Source: an uncultured Flavobacterium sp. | GTDB taxonomy: Bacteria > Bacteroidota > Bacteroidia > Flavobacteriales > Flavobacteriaceae | Assembly: GCA_964485385.1 (NCBI GenBank) | Contig: CAZAJH010000001.1 | Span: 1 to 57,416 of the forward strand | Length of the DNA: 57,416 bases | Direction: 5' to 3' | Part shown: positions 1 to 9,074 of the stretch, piece after piece | How the letters are laid out: the number at the start of each line of letters is the position of its first letter | Position numbering within the stretch: the stretch's first letter is position 1 | Program-made: the position numbers and the translations under genes | Notes under the pieces: model-generated | What the model saw: only the letters and a program-made list of their open reading frames with translations | Told to the model about the DNA's origin: nothing | Database searches by the model: none

Positions 1-1
1 C

Positions 2-484
2 GATGGGATTTCGATTGCTTGGGCTATATCTGAGTTTTTACACGAAAATCCAGCGCGACCCAAGACGCTTTTTGCGACCCATTACCACGAGTTAAACGAG
101 ATGTCGGAGCAATTTGAACGCATTCAAAACTATAATGTATCAGTCAAAGAACTGAAGGATAATGTGTTGTTTATTCGCAAATTAGTCAAAGGAGGAAGCG
201 CGCATAGTTTCGGAATTCATGTGGCCAAAATGGCTGGAATGCCTCAAATTGTGATACAAAGAGCCCAAAAATTGCTAAAAAAATTAGAAAAAAACCACTC
301 TGGGGAAGAGCTTTTGGGAGTTAAATCGATGAAAGACGAAATGCAGTTGAGTATTTTTAACTTGGATGATCCTTTGTTGGAAGAAATCAAAGAAGAAATA
401 TTGCATTTGGATATTAATACGTTGACGCCAGTTGAAGCCTTGATGAAATTGAATGAAATAAAACGAATGTTACAGAAAAAGTAA
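2..484 (+). CDS. mutS: DNA mismatch repair protein MutS, C-terminal part (5' truncated by window edge)
   Basis: Frame from position 2 reads [34 protein letters not shown], then [13 protein letters not shown] and the C-terminal [10 protein letters not shown], all MutS domain V/CTD motifs. Confidence 0.96.
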   Translation, partial: DGISIAWAISEFLHENPARPKTLFATHYHELNEMSEQFERIQNYNVSVKELKDNVLFIRKLVKGGSAHSFGIHVAKMAGMPQIVIQRAQKLLKKLEKNHSGEELLGVKSMKDEMQLSIFNLDDPLLEEIKEEILHLDINTLTPVEALMKLNEIKRMLQKK

Positions 485-536
485 AGAAAAGGTTTTCAGT
501 TAGTTAAAAAATAGACTTTATTTTTTTAAAAAAACC

Positions 537-567
537 TTTGTATAATTCATTTTTAATATTACATTTG
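537..567 (+). promoter_or_regulatory. Bacteroidetes primary-sigma promoter for the tRNA pair
   Basis: TTTG at 537-540, 19-nt spacer, TACATTTG at 560-567 matching the -33/-7 TAnnTTTG consensus. Confidence 0.8.
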
Positions 568-612
568 CATCCGCAATACAAGATAAGTATTGACGCTCTT
601 ACATAAAAAAAT

Positions 613-685
613 GCGAAAATAGCTCAGTTGGTAGAGCGCAACCTTGCCAAGGTTGAGGTCGCGGGTTCGAACCCCGTTTTTCGCT
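613..685 (+). tRNA. tRNA-Gly(GCC)
   Basis: GCGAAAA/TTTTCGC acceptor stem, AGCTCAGTTGGTAGAGC D-arm, CAACC-TT-GCC-AA-GGTTG anticodon arm, GGTTCGAACCC T-arm; CCA not encoded. Confidence 0.97.
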
Positions 686-737
686 CAATTACCTAATAGT
701 GCTCGAGTATTGAATTGTATTCAATGCAAAAGCAGAT

Positions 738-822
738 GCTCGAGTGGTGGAATTGGTAGACACGCTGGACTTAAAATCCAGTGAACGTTTAGTTCGTGCG
801 GGTTCAAGTCCCGCCTTGAGTA
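738..822 (+). tRNA. tRNA-Leu(TAA)
   Basis: GGTGGAATTGGTAGACAC D-arm, CTGGA-CT-TAA-AA-TCCAG anticodon arm, long variable arm, GGTTCAAGTCC T-arm. Confidence 0.96.
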
Positions 823-826
823 CAGT

Positions 827-858
827 AAGCTTTGTCCTTCGGATGAAGCTTTTTTTTT
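827..858 (+). terminator. Intrinsic terminator after the tRNA operon
   Basis: AAGCTTTGTCC...GGATGAAGCTT hairpin with a short loop, followed by a T-run. Confidence 0.8.
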
Positions 859-875
859 GAACTTACTTTTTTGAA

Positions 876-1223
876 ATGGGAACTTTTGTCATCAGTCAAC
901 GTCAGAACGGGTATTATAAATTCGAATACAATTCGAGAAAAGGAAGGGTAGTATTTACCAGTGTTGATTATGAATTGCGTTTTGAATGCGAAGAGGCGAT
1001 AGAAGAATTGAAGTGCAATATAGATAAAATTTACTTTATGAAGTTTAAAACATCGAGTGGGAAGTTGTATTTCAAGATTATTTTAAATGAAAAAGAACTG
1101 GCTACAAGTCGAAAATACACGACGCTTTTACTGTTGCAAAAAGGAATTGATGAAGTGTTAAAGCACGTTCCAAGTTCAGAATTTTTGGATTTTTCGAATC
1201 AAGCATTTGTTTTTCCAGATTGA
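876..1223 (+). CDS. YegP/DUF1508 family protein
   Basis: Two tandem repeats of the YegP pattern (YYKFEYNSRKGRVVFTS..Y ; LYFKIIL..KELATSRKY...KGIDEV). Confidence 0.75.
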   Translation: MGTFVISQRQNGYYKFEYNSRKGRVVFTSVDYELRFECEEAIEELKCNIDKIYFMKFKTSSGKLYFKIILNEKELATSRKYTTLLLLQKGIDEVLKHVPSSEFLDFSNQAFVFPD

Positions 1224-1225
1224 TC

Positions 1226-1260
1226 AAAAGAAAAAGTCCCTCACTATCGTGAAGGACTTC
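1226..1260. terminator. Terminator between convergent genes
   Basis: AAGTCCCTCAC-TATC-GTGAAGGACTT hairpin with an A-run on the left (U-tract on the minus strand). Confidence 0.65.
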
Positions 1261-1282
1261 ATAATAGAAATTAAATTTCTAA

Positions 1283-1507
1283 TTATTTTTTCTCAGCTGG
1301 AGCAGCAGCGTCAGCAGCAGGAGCAGCTTCTTCTGTAGCAGGAGCAGCAGTAGAATCAGTAGCAGTAGAATCAACTACAGCAGGAGCCTCTTCAACAACT
1401 TCAGTTGCAACTGAATCAACAGCCTCAGTAGCTTCAGCCTCAGCTTGTTTACAAGATACTACAGTTAATGCAGCAACGATTGCTAAACTTAAAAATACTT
1501 TTTTCAT
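1283..1507 (-). CDS. Small acidic Ala/Glu-rich lipoprotein
   Basis: MKKVFLSLAIVAALTVVS-C lipobox; low-complexity mature part with DS(T/V)A repeats. Confidence 0.85.
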   Translation of the reverse strand: MKKVFLSLAIVAALTVVSCKQAEAEATEAVDSVATEVVEEAPAVVDSTATDSTAAPATEEAAPAADAAAPAEKK

Positions 1508-1544
1508 CTTAATTAAATATAAAAGGTTAATTATTAATTCGGAG

Positions 1545-1552
1545 CAAAGATA
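1545..1552 (-). promoter_or_regulatory. -7 box (TATCTTTG) upstream of the small lipoprotein
   Basis: Plus strand CAAAGATA equals minus-strand TAnnTTTG. Confidence 0.6.
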
Positions 1553-1627
1553 TAAATTTTTTTAATCAGAAAAACTTTTATTTAACTTTTTTTGAAATTT
1601 TTCTCTTTGAATTCCGCAAAATTAGTT

Positions 1628-1643
1628 ATCAAACACTGTGCCA
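1628..1643 (-). promoter_or_regulatory. Sigma-54-like -24/-12 promoter
   Basis: Minus strand TGGCAC-AGTGT-TTGAT with canonical spacing. Confidence 0.55.
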
Positions 1644-1662
1644 AAGTTTAAAAACAAAGAAA

Positions 1663-3810
1663 TTATTTCTTTTTTGTTTGGGAAATAATTTTTAATTCAT
1701 TGATAATGTTCTTAGCTCCAGCGTATTTATCAATAACAAATAATATGTATCGAGCATCAACCATGATGTTTCTGCAAATATCGGGTGAATAGTAAATATC
1801 ACTCATAGTTCCTTCCCAAACCCTATCAAAATTCAGGCCAATTAAATTGCCATTGGCATCCAGGGCTGGGCTACCCGAATTTCCTCCTGTGGTATGATTA
1901 GTGGCGATAAAACAAACAGGCATCTTCCCTTTTACACCGTATTGACCATAGTCTTTGGTATTGTATAAGTCGATTAATTTTTGCGGAACATCAAACTCGT
2001 AATCACCCGGAATGTACTTTTCCATTACGCCATCTAAGGTAGTAAACGGTTCATAATACACGGCATCATTGGGTTTGTAGCCTTTTACTTTTCCGTAAGT
2101 TACTCGCAAAGTGCTGTTGGCGTCTGGGAAAATTCGGGCTGATTTTGGGCTGAGTTCCAATATGGCTTTCATGTACGTACGTTGAAGCGCTATATTTTTC
2201 AAGTTCAACTCATCGTATTTGGGCGCTACATTTTTAGTATAGGCATCGGCCATAGTCTTGATTACCTGATAGCCTTTATCGTTGTTTATTTTGTCCATTA
2301 CGGTTTTAGAATCACCTTCTAATAATTCGCGGAAACTGGCCAAAGAGGTTAGTTTTGAAGATCCAAAAACCTCAGTCGTAAGTTGTGAGGCGTTGCTATT
2401 GTTGAGCGAATTGGGCAAAAACTGTTTGGGCGATTTAGCCACATAAATTGCAATCAATTGTTCAAATACATTTTTATCCACTTCGGCGTTGTAGTCTTTA
2501 TAAAAATCGCCAATTCCGTCAGAAAGGTTCTTTTTGCGATCGTTAAAAGCTTGTTCGCCTTTTGAGTTCAGAATTTGTTCTAATTGATACAATTTGTAAC
2601 CTACCGATAAAATTTCGGTGTTGCGCAAAGCTACTTCTGTAAAATAATCTCTGGCTAAGGCATAGTCTTTAATTTCGGTGTAGTTTTTTTGAAAATCGGC
2701 CAACAAGTTTCCGTATTCGCTTTGCTTACCTGCTTTGCTTACTTTTTCTTGAAAATCTTTTTCAAATTTTTGTTTCACACCTACAGCGTTTGATTTCTTT
2801 AATCCTTTGGTTTCGCCAATCCATTTTTTCCAGTAATTGGCCACACTAGCATATTTGGAAGCGTACTGAATTTTAATCGCTTGATCTTTCCGCATAAAAC
2901 GGTCTTGCACCTTCAAAGCAGCATCGCGAACTTCAATTTTAGCCGGATTTAATGTGTTTACAATTTGTTCGACCGCCACAGAAGGTAAATATTCTTGTGT
3001 TCGTCCAGGATAACCCATGACCATGGTGAAATCATTTTCTTTGATTCCAGAGATTGAAATCGGGAAAAAATGTTTGGGTTTGTAAGGAACATTGTCTGGT
3101 GAATACGGAGCTGGGCGATTGTTTTTGTCGGCGTAAATTCGGAACAACGAAAAATCACCTGTATGACGAGGCCAAACCCAGTTATCGGTATCCGAGCCAA
3201 ATTTGCCAATCGAGCTGGGTGGCGCTCCAACCAGACGGATGTCTTTGAAAGTTTCTGTGACAAACAAAATATACTGATTGCCGTCGTAAAACGTTCTAAT
3301 TTTATTTTCTTGCCACGATTCTTTGGGAAGGGAATTGCTTAAAGCGCCTATATTTTCTTGGATTTTTTTTTGCTTTTCAGCCTCAGTGGAAAGACCGTTT
3401 ACACCTTCCAAAACTTTTGAAGTGACGTCTTCAATACGAACAACAAACGTAACCACCATGTCTTTGTTCAAGAGTTCGTCTTCCATTTTGTAAGCCCAAA
3501 AACCATCGCGCAAGTAGTCGTGCTCCACTGTAGAATGGTTTTGAATCGCATCAAATCCGCAGTGGTGATTGGTCAGAATTAAACCTTTGTCTGAAATCAC
3601 TTCAGCGGTACAACCACCATCAAATTGCGGTACGGCATCTTTCAAACTCGATTTATTAACCGAATAAATTTGCTCTGCCGTAATTTTCATACCCAAGTTT
3701 TTCATTTCGGTTTCGTTCATTCCTTTTAAGAGCGATGGAATCCACATGCCGCCTTGCTGGGCTTGGGTTTGAATTATAAATAGTAGTAGAAGTAGTTTGA
3801 TGTATTTCAT
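1663..3810 (-). CDS. S46 family dipeptidyl peptidase (DPP11-like)
   Basis: GGMWIP N-terminus, TNHHC, DNWVWPRHTGDF, TTGGNSGSP catalytic Ser, GLNFDRVWEG (Arg at the S1 position); signal peptide. Confidence 0.92.
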   Translation of the reverse strand: MKYIKLLLLLFIIQTQAQQGGMWIPSLLKGMNETEMKNLGMKITAEQIYSVNKSSLKDAVPQFDGGCTAEVISDKGLILTNHHCGFDAIQNHSTVEHDYLRDGFWAYKMEDELLNKDMVVTFVVRIEDVTSKVLEGVNGLSTEAEKQKKIQENIGALSNSLPKESWQENKIRTFYDGNQYILFVTETFKDIRLVGAPPSSIGKFGSDTDNWVWPRHTGDFSLFRIYADKNNRPAPYSPDNVPYKPKHFFPISISGIKENDFTMVMGYPGRTQEYLPSVAVEQIVNTLNPAKIEVRDAALKVQDRFMRKDQAIKIQYASKYASVANYWKKWIGETKGLKKSNAVGVKQKFEKDFQEKVSKAGKQSEYGNLLADFQKNYTEIKDYALARDYFTEVALRNTEILSVGYKLYQLEQILNSKGEQAFNDRKKNLSDGIGDFYKDYNAEVDKNVFEQLIAIYVAKSPKQFLPNSLNNSNASQLTTEVFGSSKLTSLASFRELLEGDSKTVMDKINNDKGYQVIKTMADAYTKNVAPKYDELNLKNIALQRTYMKAILELSPKSARIFPDANSTLRVTYGKVKGYKPNDAVYYEPFTTLDGVMEKYIPGDYEFDVPQKLIDLYNTKDYGQYGVKGKMPVCFIATNHTTGGNSGSPALDANGNLIGLNFDRVWEGTMSDIYYSPDICRNIMVDARYILFVIDKYAGAKNIINELKIISQTKKK

Positions 3811-3910
3811 TTTTTAGATTATAAGAAAGTTAGATTTCAAGATTATTTTGATTTTGTATTCGTTGTTTATAAAATGATTGGCAATTTACAATTTTACTTT
3901 TTTACAGAAT

Positions 3911-5155
3911 TTAATTTAGGTTTTCATTAAGAATATGTCTCATAATTACCGCTGTTGCACCTTTATTCATTTGAACAAAAGAGGAACAAATGTGGCCTTT
4001 TTCAACACGTTCATCTTCGTTATGGATAAGCAAATCAAAGGCTTCGTTCAATTGATTTTGATCTTTTATAGTGATACAACCATTCATATTAACTAAGGCT
4101 GTTGCTTCTGCAAAATGTGAATAATTGGGTCCAACCACAATGGGAACACCAAAAGTAGCCGGTTCTAAAATATTGTGCACACCCGGATTTCCGAATCCGC
4201 CACCAACATAAGCGATGTCAGCATACGAATAAATTTTGGTCAAAATGCCAATGGTATCGATGATGAAAACCTGAAATTCGGAGAGGTTTTTATTCTCTTT
4301 TTCAGAAAACAAAACGGTTGCTTTTGAGATTTGAAGTTTGAGATTGGCAATTTGTTCCGATTTGATGTTGTGTGGAGCAATGATAAACTTCACAGTATCC
4401 GATGAATTGTTGATGTAATTCACTAATACATGTTCGTCTTTGGGCCAAGAACTTCCTATAACGATAGTGGTTTTATCGTCTTTAAATTGTTCAATAAAAT
4501 CCAGTGAATTATCGCGCTCCAAAATGGAAACTACGCGATCAAAGCGGGTGTCACCAGAAACTTTTACGTTGGTAAAACCCAGCCGCTGAACTAGCTTTTT
4601 GGAAGTATCATTTTGTACAAAAAAGCAATCAAATGTTTGTAGTGCATTTCGGTAAAATCCGCCATACCATTTGAAAAAGGCTTGATTTTGACGAAAAATT
4701 CCAGAAATCAAATAGGTTTTGGTGCTTTGTTTTTTCAGTTCGTTCAAATAGTTGGGCCAGTATTCGTATTTGATGAAGAAAACCAATTCGGGATGAACTA
4801 ATTCGATGAATTGCTGTGCATTTGATTTTGTGTCTAAAGGCAGATAAACCGTAACATCAGCAACCGAATTATTTTTGCGCACTTCATAACCCGAAGGCGA
4901 AAAGAAAGTCACGATGATTTTGTGATTGGGGAAATGGTGTTTTATTTCCTCCATTACAGGCAAACCTTGTTCGAACTCGCCCAAAGAAGCGGCGTGAAAC
5001 CAAATCGTTTTGTCGTTGGGAGCGATTTTGTTTTTTAAAGTAGGAAAAACGTCTTTTCGTCCGTGGACAAATAGCTTCATTTTGGGACTGAAAAGTGCCA
5101 GTATTTTCAGTATTTGAGCCGCAAATAAGACGATTAAATTGTATAGAAAAAGCAT
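3911..5155 (-). CDS. waaA: 3-deoxy-D-manno-octulosonic acid (Kdo) transferase
   Basis: IWFHAASLGEFEQG, YLPLD, GDTRFD, GVHNILEPA motifs. Confidence 0.95.
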   Translation of the reverse strand: MLFLYNLIVLFAAQILKILALFSPKMKLFVHGRKDVFPTLKNKIAPNDKTIWFHAASLGEFEQGLPVMEEIKHHFPNHKIIVTFFSPSGYEVRKNNSVADVTVYLPLDTKSNAQQFIELVHPELVFFIKYEYWPNYLNELKKQSTKTYLISGIFRQNQAFFKWYGGFYRNALQTFDCFFVQNDTSKKLVQRLGFTNVKVSGDTRFDRVVSILERDNSLDFIEQFKDDKTTIVIGSSWPKDEHVLVNYINNSSDTVKFIIAPHNIKSEQIANLKLQISKATVLFSEKENKNLSEFQVFIIDTIGILTKIYSYADIAYVGGGFGNPGVHNILEPATFGVPIVVGPNYSHFAEATALVNMNGCITIKDQNQLNEAFDLLIHNEDERVEKGHICSSFVQMNKGATAVIMRHILNENLN

Positions 5156-5262
5156 TCGGGTTGGTTTGTGTGGCTAAATTAAGTTTTTTTGCCACAGATG
5201 AAACAGATTTTAAATGGAAATTTATTTTGGAATTCTAATTTTTACAAAAGACGTTTCTTTTT

Positions 5263-5361
5263 TAGCCCTGACCTGCCTGCCGGTAGGCAGGTTGTAGCGG
5301 CACCAAAGTAGAGCGAAAAGCAGGAATAGGGATTACAAAAAATGCCCAAGCCATTCGCTTC
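5263..5361 (+). repeat. Flavo-1-like dispersed repeat carrying an inserted 20-bp palindrome
   Basis: TAGCCCTGA[CCTGCCTGCCGGTAGGCAGG]TTGTAGCGG...GAGCGAAAAGCAGGAA...GCCATTCGCT; alignable with the copies at 28241 and 33220 (minus strand). The Flavo-1 name is from memory. Confidence 0.7.
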
Positions 5362-5408
5362 AAAATAAACAGAAAAATGTATACTTTTGTACTTCCAATT
5401 TTTACACG

Positions 5409-6536
5409 ATGAAAAAACTGCAAATGGTTGACTTAAAAAGTCAATACGAAAAAATAAAAGACGAGGTCAATGCGTCGATTCAAGAAGTTTTAGATACCAA
5501 TACTTATATAAACGGACCTTTGGTTCATCAATTTCAAAAAGATTTAGAAGATTATTTGGGGGTAAAACACGTGATTCCGTGTGCCAATGGAACCGATGCG
5601 TTGCAAATTGCCATGATGGGTTTGAATTTGAAGCCCGGTGATGAAGTCATTACTGCTGATTTTACCTTTGCTGCCACAGTAGAAGTAATTGCTTTACTTC
5701 AATTGACTCCCGTTTTGGTGGATGTGGATATGAACAATATGAATATTTCGTTGGACGGTATTCGTAAAGCGATTACTCCCAAAACAAAAGCGATTGTACC
5801 CGTTCATTTGTTTGGTCGTGCGGCCAATATGGATGCGATTATGGAAATTGCCCGTGAGCACAATTTGTATGTAATAGAAGACAATGCACAAGCGATTGGC
5901 GCTGATTATACCTCGAAAGACGGTACGAAAACCAAAGTAGGAACGATTGGTCATGTGGGAGCAACTTCGTTTTTCCCTTCTAAGAATTTAGGTTGTTACG
6001 GCGATGGTGGGGCGATTTTTACCAATGATGATGCCTTGGCGCATACAATTAGAGGCATTGCCAATCATGGTATGTACGAGCGTTACCATCACGATGTAGT
6101 AGGAGTGAACTCGCGTTTAGACAGTATACAAGCAGGTGTTTTGAAAGCCAAATTGCCGCATTTGGATACTTATAACAAAGCACGACAAGAGGCAGCCAGA
6201 AAATATTCGCAATTATTAAGTGTGAGTCCAAATATTTGGGCACCAACGATTTGTGAAAGTTGTGATTGCCATGTGTTTCATCAATACGTGATTCGCATTT
6301 TGAATGGCAAACGCGATGGGTTGTTAGCACATTTACAAGAAAAAGGAATTCCGTGCGCGATTTATTATCCTATTCCGTTACACAGTCAAAAGGCGTATGC
6401 TGATGCACGTTACAAAGAAGAAGATTTTCCTGTAACGAATCAATTGTGTAAAGAAGTAATAGCCTTGCCCATGCATACTGAGTTGGATGATGAGCAGATT
6501 AAGTTCATTACTGATAGTGTTTTAGAATATGTTTAA
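5409..6536 (+). CDS. DegT/DnrJ/EryC1/StrS family PLP-dependent sugar aminotransferase
   Basis: ANGTDALQIA, PVHLFG, IEDNAQA, SFFPSKNLGCYGDGG, NSRLD motifs. Confidence 0.95.
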   Translation: MKKLQMVDLKSQYEKIKDEVNASIQEVLDTNTYINGPLVHQFQKDLEDYLGVKHVIPCANGTDALQIAMMGLNLKPGDEVITADFTFAATVEVIALLQLTPVLVDVDMNNMNISLDGIRKAITPKTKAIVPVHLFGRAANMDAIMEIAREHNLYVIEDNAQAIGADYTSKDGTKTKVGTIGHVGATSFFPSKNLGCYGDGGAIFTNDDALAHTIRGIANHGMYERYHHDVVGVNSRLDSIQAGVLKAKLPHLDTYNKARQEAARKYSQLLSVSPNIWAPTICESCDCHVFHQYVIRILNGKRDGLLAHLQEKGIPCAIYYPIPLHSQKAYADARYKEEDFPVTNQLCKEVIALPMHTELDDEQIKFITDSVLEYV

Positions 6537-6563
6537 TTAGTTTTCAGTTTTAGCTTGCAGTTT

Positions 6564-6598
6564 TTAGCTGTTAGCTGTTAGCTGTTAGCTTTTAGCTA
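6564..6598 (+). repeat. Heptamer tandem repeat (TTAGCTN)x5
   Basis: TTAGCTG TTAGCTG TTAGCTG TTAGCTT TTAGCTA in the intergenic space before galE. Confidence 0.85.
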
Positions 6599-6604
6599 AA
6601 AAAA

Positions 6605-7618
6605 ATGAAAATAGTAGTTACAGGCGGTTTAGGTTTTATAGGTTCGCATACTGTAGTTGAATTGCAAAATGAAGGTTTTGAGGTGGTAGCCATTGACAAT
6701 TTATCCAATTCATCGGAAAGTGTTTTAGATGGCATTGCAAAAATCACAGGCAAAAAACCCATCTTCGAAAAAATGGACTTACGCGACAAAGCTGCCGTTC
6801 AAAGTTTTTTCAAAAAATATTCCGATATTCAAGGTGTGATCCATTTTGCAGCATCGAAAGCTGTTGGAGAAAGTGTTGAAAATCCGCTATTGTACTACGA
6901 AAACAACATCAATACCTTGGTGTATCTTTTGCAAGAGTTAAAAGAATTACCGAACGCTAATTTTATCTTTAGCTCATCATGTACGGTTTACGGTCAAGCC
7001 GAAAAGATGCCGATTACCGAAGATGCCTCAGTGCAACCTGCAATGTCGCCTTATGGAAACACCAAGCAGATAGGTGAAGAAATCATTACTGATGTTGCGA
7101 AAGTAACGAATATTAATTCGATTTTGTTGCGCTATTTCAATCCGATTGGAGCACATCCTTCGGCTGAAATCGGCGAATTACCATTGGGAGTTCCTCAAAA
7201 TTTAGTTCCTTTTATTACACAAACGGCGATGGGTTTGCGCGAAAAATTATCGGTTTTTGGGAACGATTATCCCACACCCGATGGAACGGCCATCCGTGAT
7301 TATATTCATGTGGTTGATTTAGCCAAAGCACATGTGGTGGCTTTACAGCGTTTACTCAATAAACAAAATCGGGACAAAGTGGAAACCTTTAATCTCGGAA
7401 CTGGAACGGGAAGTTCGGTTTTGGAAGTCATTACAGCTTTCGAAAAAGTATCCGGAAAACAATTGAACTACCAAATTGTAGGGCGAAGAGAAGGAGATGT
7501 TGTTGAGGCATATGCCAATACCAATAAGGCCAATTCGGTATTAGGTTGGAAAGCCGCATCGAGTTTAGAAGAAGCTTTACTGAGCGCTTGGCATTGGGAG
7601 CAAAAAATACGCAACTAA
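6605..7618 (+). CDS. galE: UDP-glucose 4-epimerase
   Basis: VTGGLGFIGSHT, HFAASKAVGES, PYGNTK, LRYFNPIGAH, RDYIHVVDLA. Confidence 0.97.
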   Translation: MKIVVTGGLGFIGSHTVVELQNEGFEVVAIDNLSNSSESVLDGIAKITGKKPIFEKMDLRDKAAVQSFFKKYSDIQGVIHFAASKAVGESVENPLLYYENNINTLVYLLQELKELPNANFIFSSSCTVYGQAEKMPITEDASVQPAMSPYGNTKQIGEEIITDVAKVTNINSILLRYFNPIGAHPSAEIGELPLGVPQNLVPFITQTAMGLREKLSVFGNDYPTPDGTAIRDYIHVVDLAKAHVVALQRLLNKQNRDKVETFNLGTGTGSSVLEVITAFEKVSGKQLNYQIVGRREGDVVEAYANTNKANSVLGWKAASSLEEALLSAWHWEQKIRN

Positions 7619-7627
7619 GAACCAACT

Positions 7628-7664
7628 AAAAACCCAAACTCGTCAAAGTTTGGGTTTTCTTTTT
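7628..7664. terminator. Bidirectional terminator
   Basis: AAAACCCAAACT-CGTCAA-AGTTTGGGTTTT between convergent genes. Confidence 0.8.
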
Positions 7665-7678
7665 AAAAGATTTTACGC

Positions 7679-7930
7679 TTATTTTTTCACAGCGTCTTTC
7701 ACTTCTTTTGCCGTTTCTTCTGCTTTTTCGGCACCTGTTTCAACGGCTTCTTTGGCTTCGTCCGCTACTTCTGTAACTGTAGAATCAATAGCATCACCTA
7801 CTTGCTCAGTAGTGGCTTCAACTTCTGTAGCTACCGCATCCGCAGCGCCTTCTACTTTGTCTTTGGTTTTATCTCCACAAGACACCATTGCAACAGCCAT
7901 AAAAGCTACGGCTAAAATTGTTTTTTTCAT
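7679..7930 (-). CDS. Small acidic lipoprotein (paralog-like to 1283..1507)
   Basis: MKKTILAVAFMAVAMVS-C lipobox; A/E/D/T/K-rich, IDSTV motif. Confidence 0.85.
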   Translation of the reverse strand: MKKTILAVAFMAVAMVSCGDKTKDKVEGAADAVATEVEATTEQVGDAIDSTVTEVADEAKEAVETGAEKAEETAKEVKDAVKK

Positions 7931-7968
7931 TTTAAAAAGTTATAAAAGGTTAATACTGAATAGAACAA

Positions 7969-7984
7969 TACAAACCCAATGCCA
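7969..7984 (-). promoter_or_regulatory. Sigma-54-like -24/-12 promoter
   Basis: Minus strand TGGCAT-TGGGT-TTGTA with canonical spacing, 38 nt upstream of the ATG. Confidence 0.55.
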
Positions 7985-8026
7985 AAAAATAAAAAAGTTC
8001 CATTTTTTTATGGAACTTGGTACAAT

Positions 8027-8281
8027 TTATTTTGATACAGCTTCTTGGACCTTTTTGGCGCCTTCTCCAACTTTTTCGGCTCCTTTGGCAATTACTTCTT
8101 TGGCTTTTTCTTTTACTTGGGATGAGTCGATTATTTTTTTGGCTTTTACAGCTGTCGAATCAACAGCTTCTTTAACGTCTTTGGTTACGGCTTGAGTAGC
8201 TTCTTTTACTTTTTCTTTGGTTTCATCCTTGCAAGAAATACCAATGGTAGCTAATGCTAATAGAACAATTATTTTTTTCAT
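8027..8281 (-). CDS. Small Lys/Glu/Ala-rich lipoprotein
   Basis: MKKIIVLLALATIGIS-C-KDE lipobox; VDST motif; helical repeats. Confidence 0.8.
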   Translation of the reverse strand: MKKIIVLLALATIGISCKDETKEKVKEATQAVTKDVKEAVDSTAVKAKKIIDSSQVKEKAKEVIAKGAEKVGEGAKKVQEAVSK

Positions 8282-8320
8282 GGTAGTAGTTTTTTGAATT
8301 ACGGAAATTAAAGTTACAAA

Positions 8321-9001
8321 TTAAATGCCAATTTTCAATAACAAATTGGGATCAGGACAATTTTCAGTAAAAAAAGCCAAGTCTTTTTCATTACAAACTC
8401 CGGGGTAATCACCTTTTTTATTTTGCATATCGATAATAATTTGAAAATGCAGATGTGGTGCATAATCACCATTTACAGGCGGCAAACCCAACCAGGCGAT
8501 TTGTTGCCCTTGGTGAACAACATCGTCTACTTTTTTACCGTTTAAACTAGCTAAACTTAAGTGCCCATACAAAGTATAAAATATATAATTTTCCCATTGA
8601 TGTTTTAAGATGATGGTCGGGCCGTAATCGCCCAAAGCTTCATTATTTTGAAAACTATGAATAGTACCCTCTAACGCAGCATAAATAGGAGCTTGTTCGT
8701 TAATCCATAAATCCAAACCAATATGAATATCGCGCTCATCGGTAGTTTCATCCTTGAAAACAGCACTTCTTTTGTACAGATTTCGCCGTTCCAAATAACC
8801 GCCATAAGCAATTGTAGCCTTGTTTTTATCCAAATGATTTTGGATGTAAACTTGGTAGTCGTGAGCACTATTTAAAGGTAAAGAAGCCAATTCGGTATTC
8901 GCAGCCGATAAATCCAAAGCGACGTATTTGGAATAATCAATTTCGGGAGCGATTACTTTTGCGGCTTCAAACGAACGAATTAATTCAACGATTTCCCTCA
9001 T
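8321..9001 (-). CDS. M23 family metallo-endopeptidase
   Basis: HIGLD (HxxxD), LYGHLS and PHLHFQ zinc motifs; no signal peptide. Confidence 0.88.
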   Translation of the reverse strand: MREIVELIRSFEAAKVIAPEIDYSKYVALDLSAANTELASLPLNSAHDYQVYIQNHLDKNKATIAYGGYLERRNLYKRSAVFKDETTDERDIHIGLDLWINEQAPIYAALEGTIHSFQNNEALGDYGPTIILKHQWENYIFYTLYGHLSLASLNGKKVDDVVHQGQQIAWLGLPPVNGDYAPHLHFQIIIDMQNKKGDYPGVCNEKDLAFFTENCPDPNLLLKIGI

Positions 9002-9074
9002 TTATTTAGTAGTAAAAATCCTCATCAACCAGAGCTCATGAGGATATGCATTGTTGAACGAAATGTATACTTCT

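Noticed and set aside
5271..5292. GC-rich palindrome as a CRISPR repeat or terminator
   Set aside because: Only two copies 23 kb apart, no spacers or cas genes, no U-tract
7650..8195. 181-aa plus-strand ORF
   Set aside because: Antisense shadow of two low-complexity lipoprotein genes; starts inside a terminator
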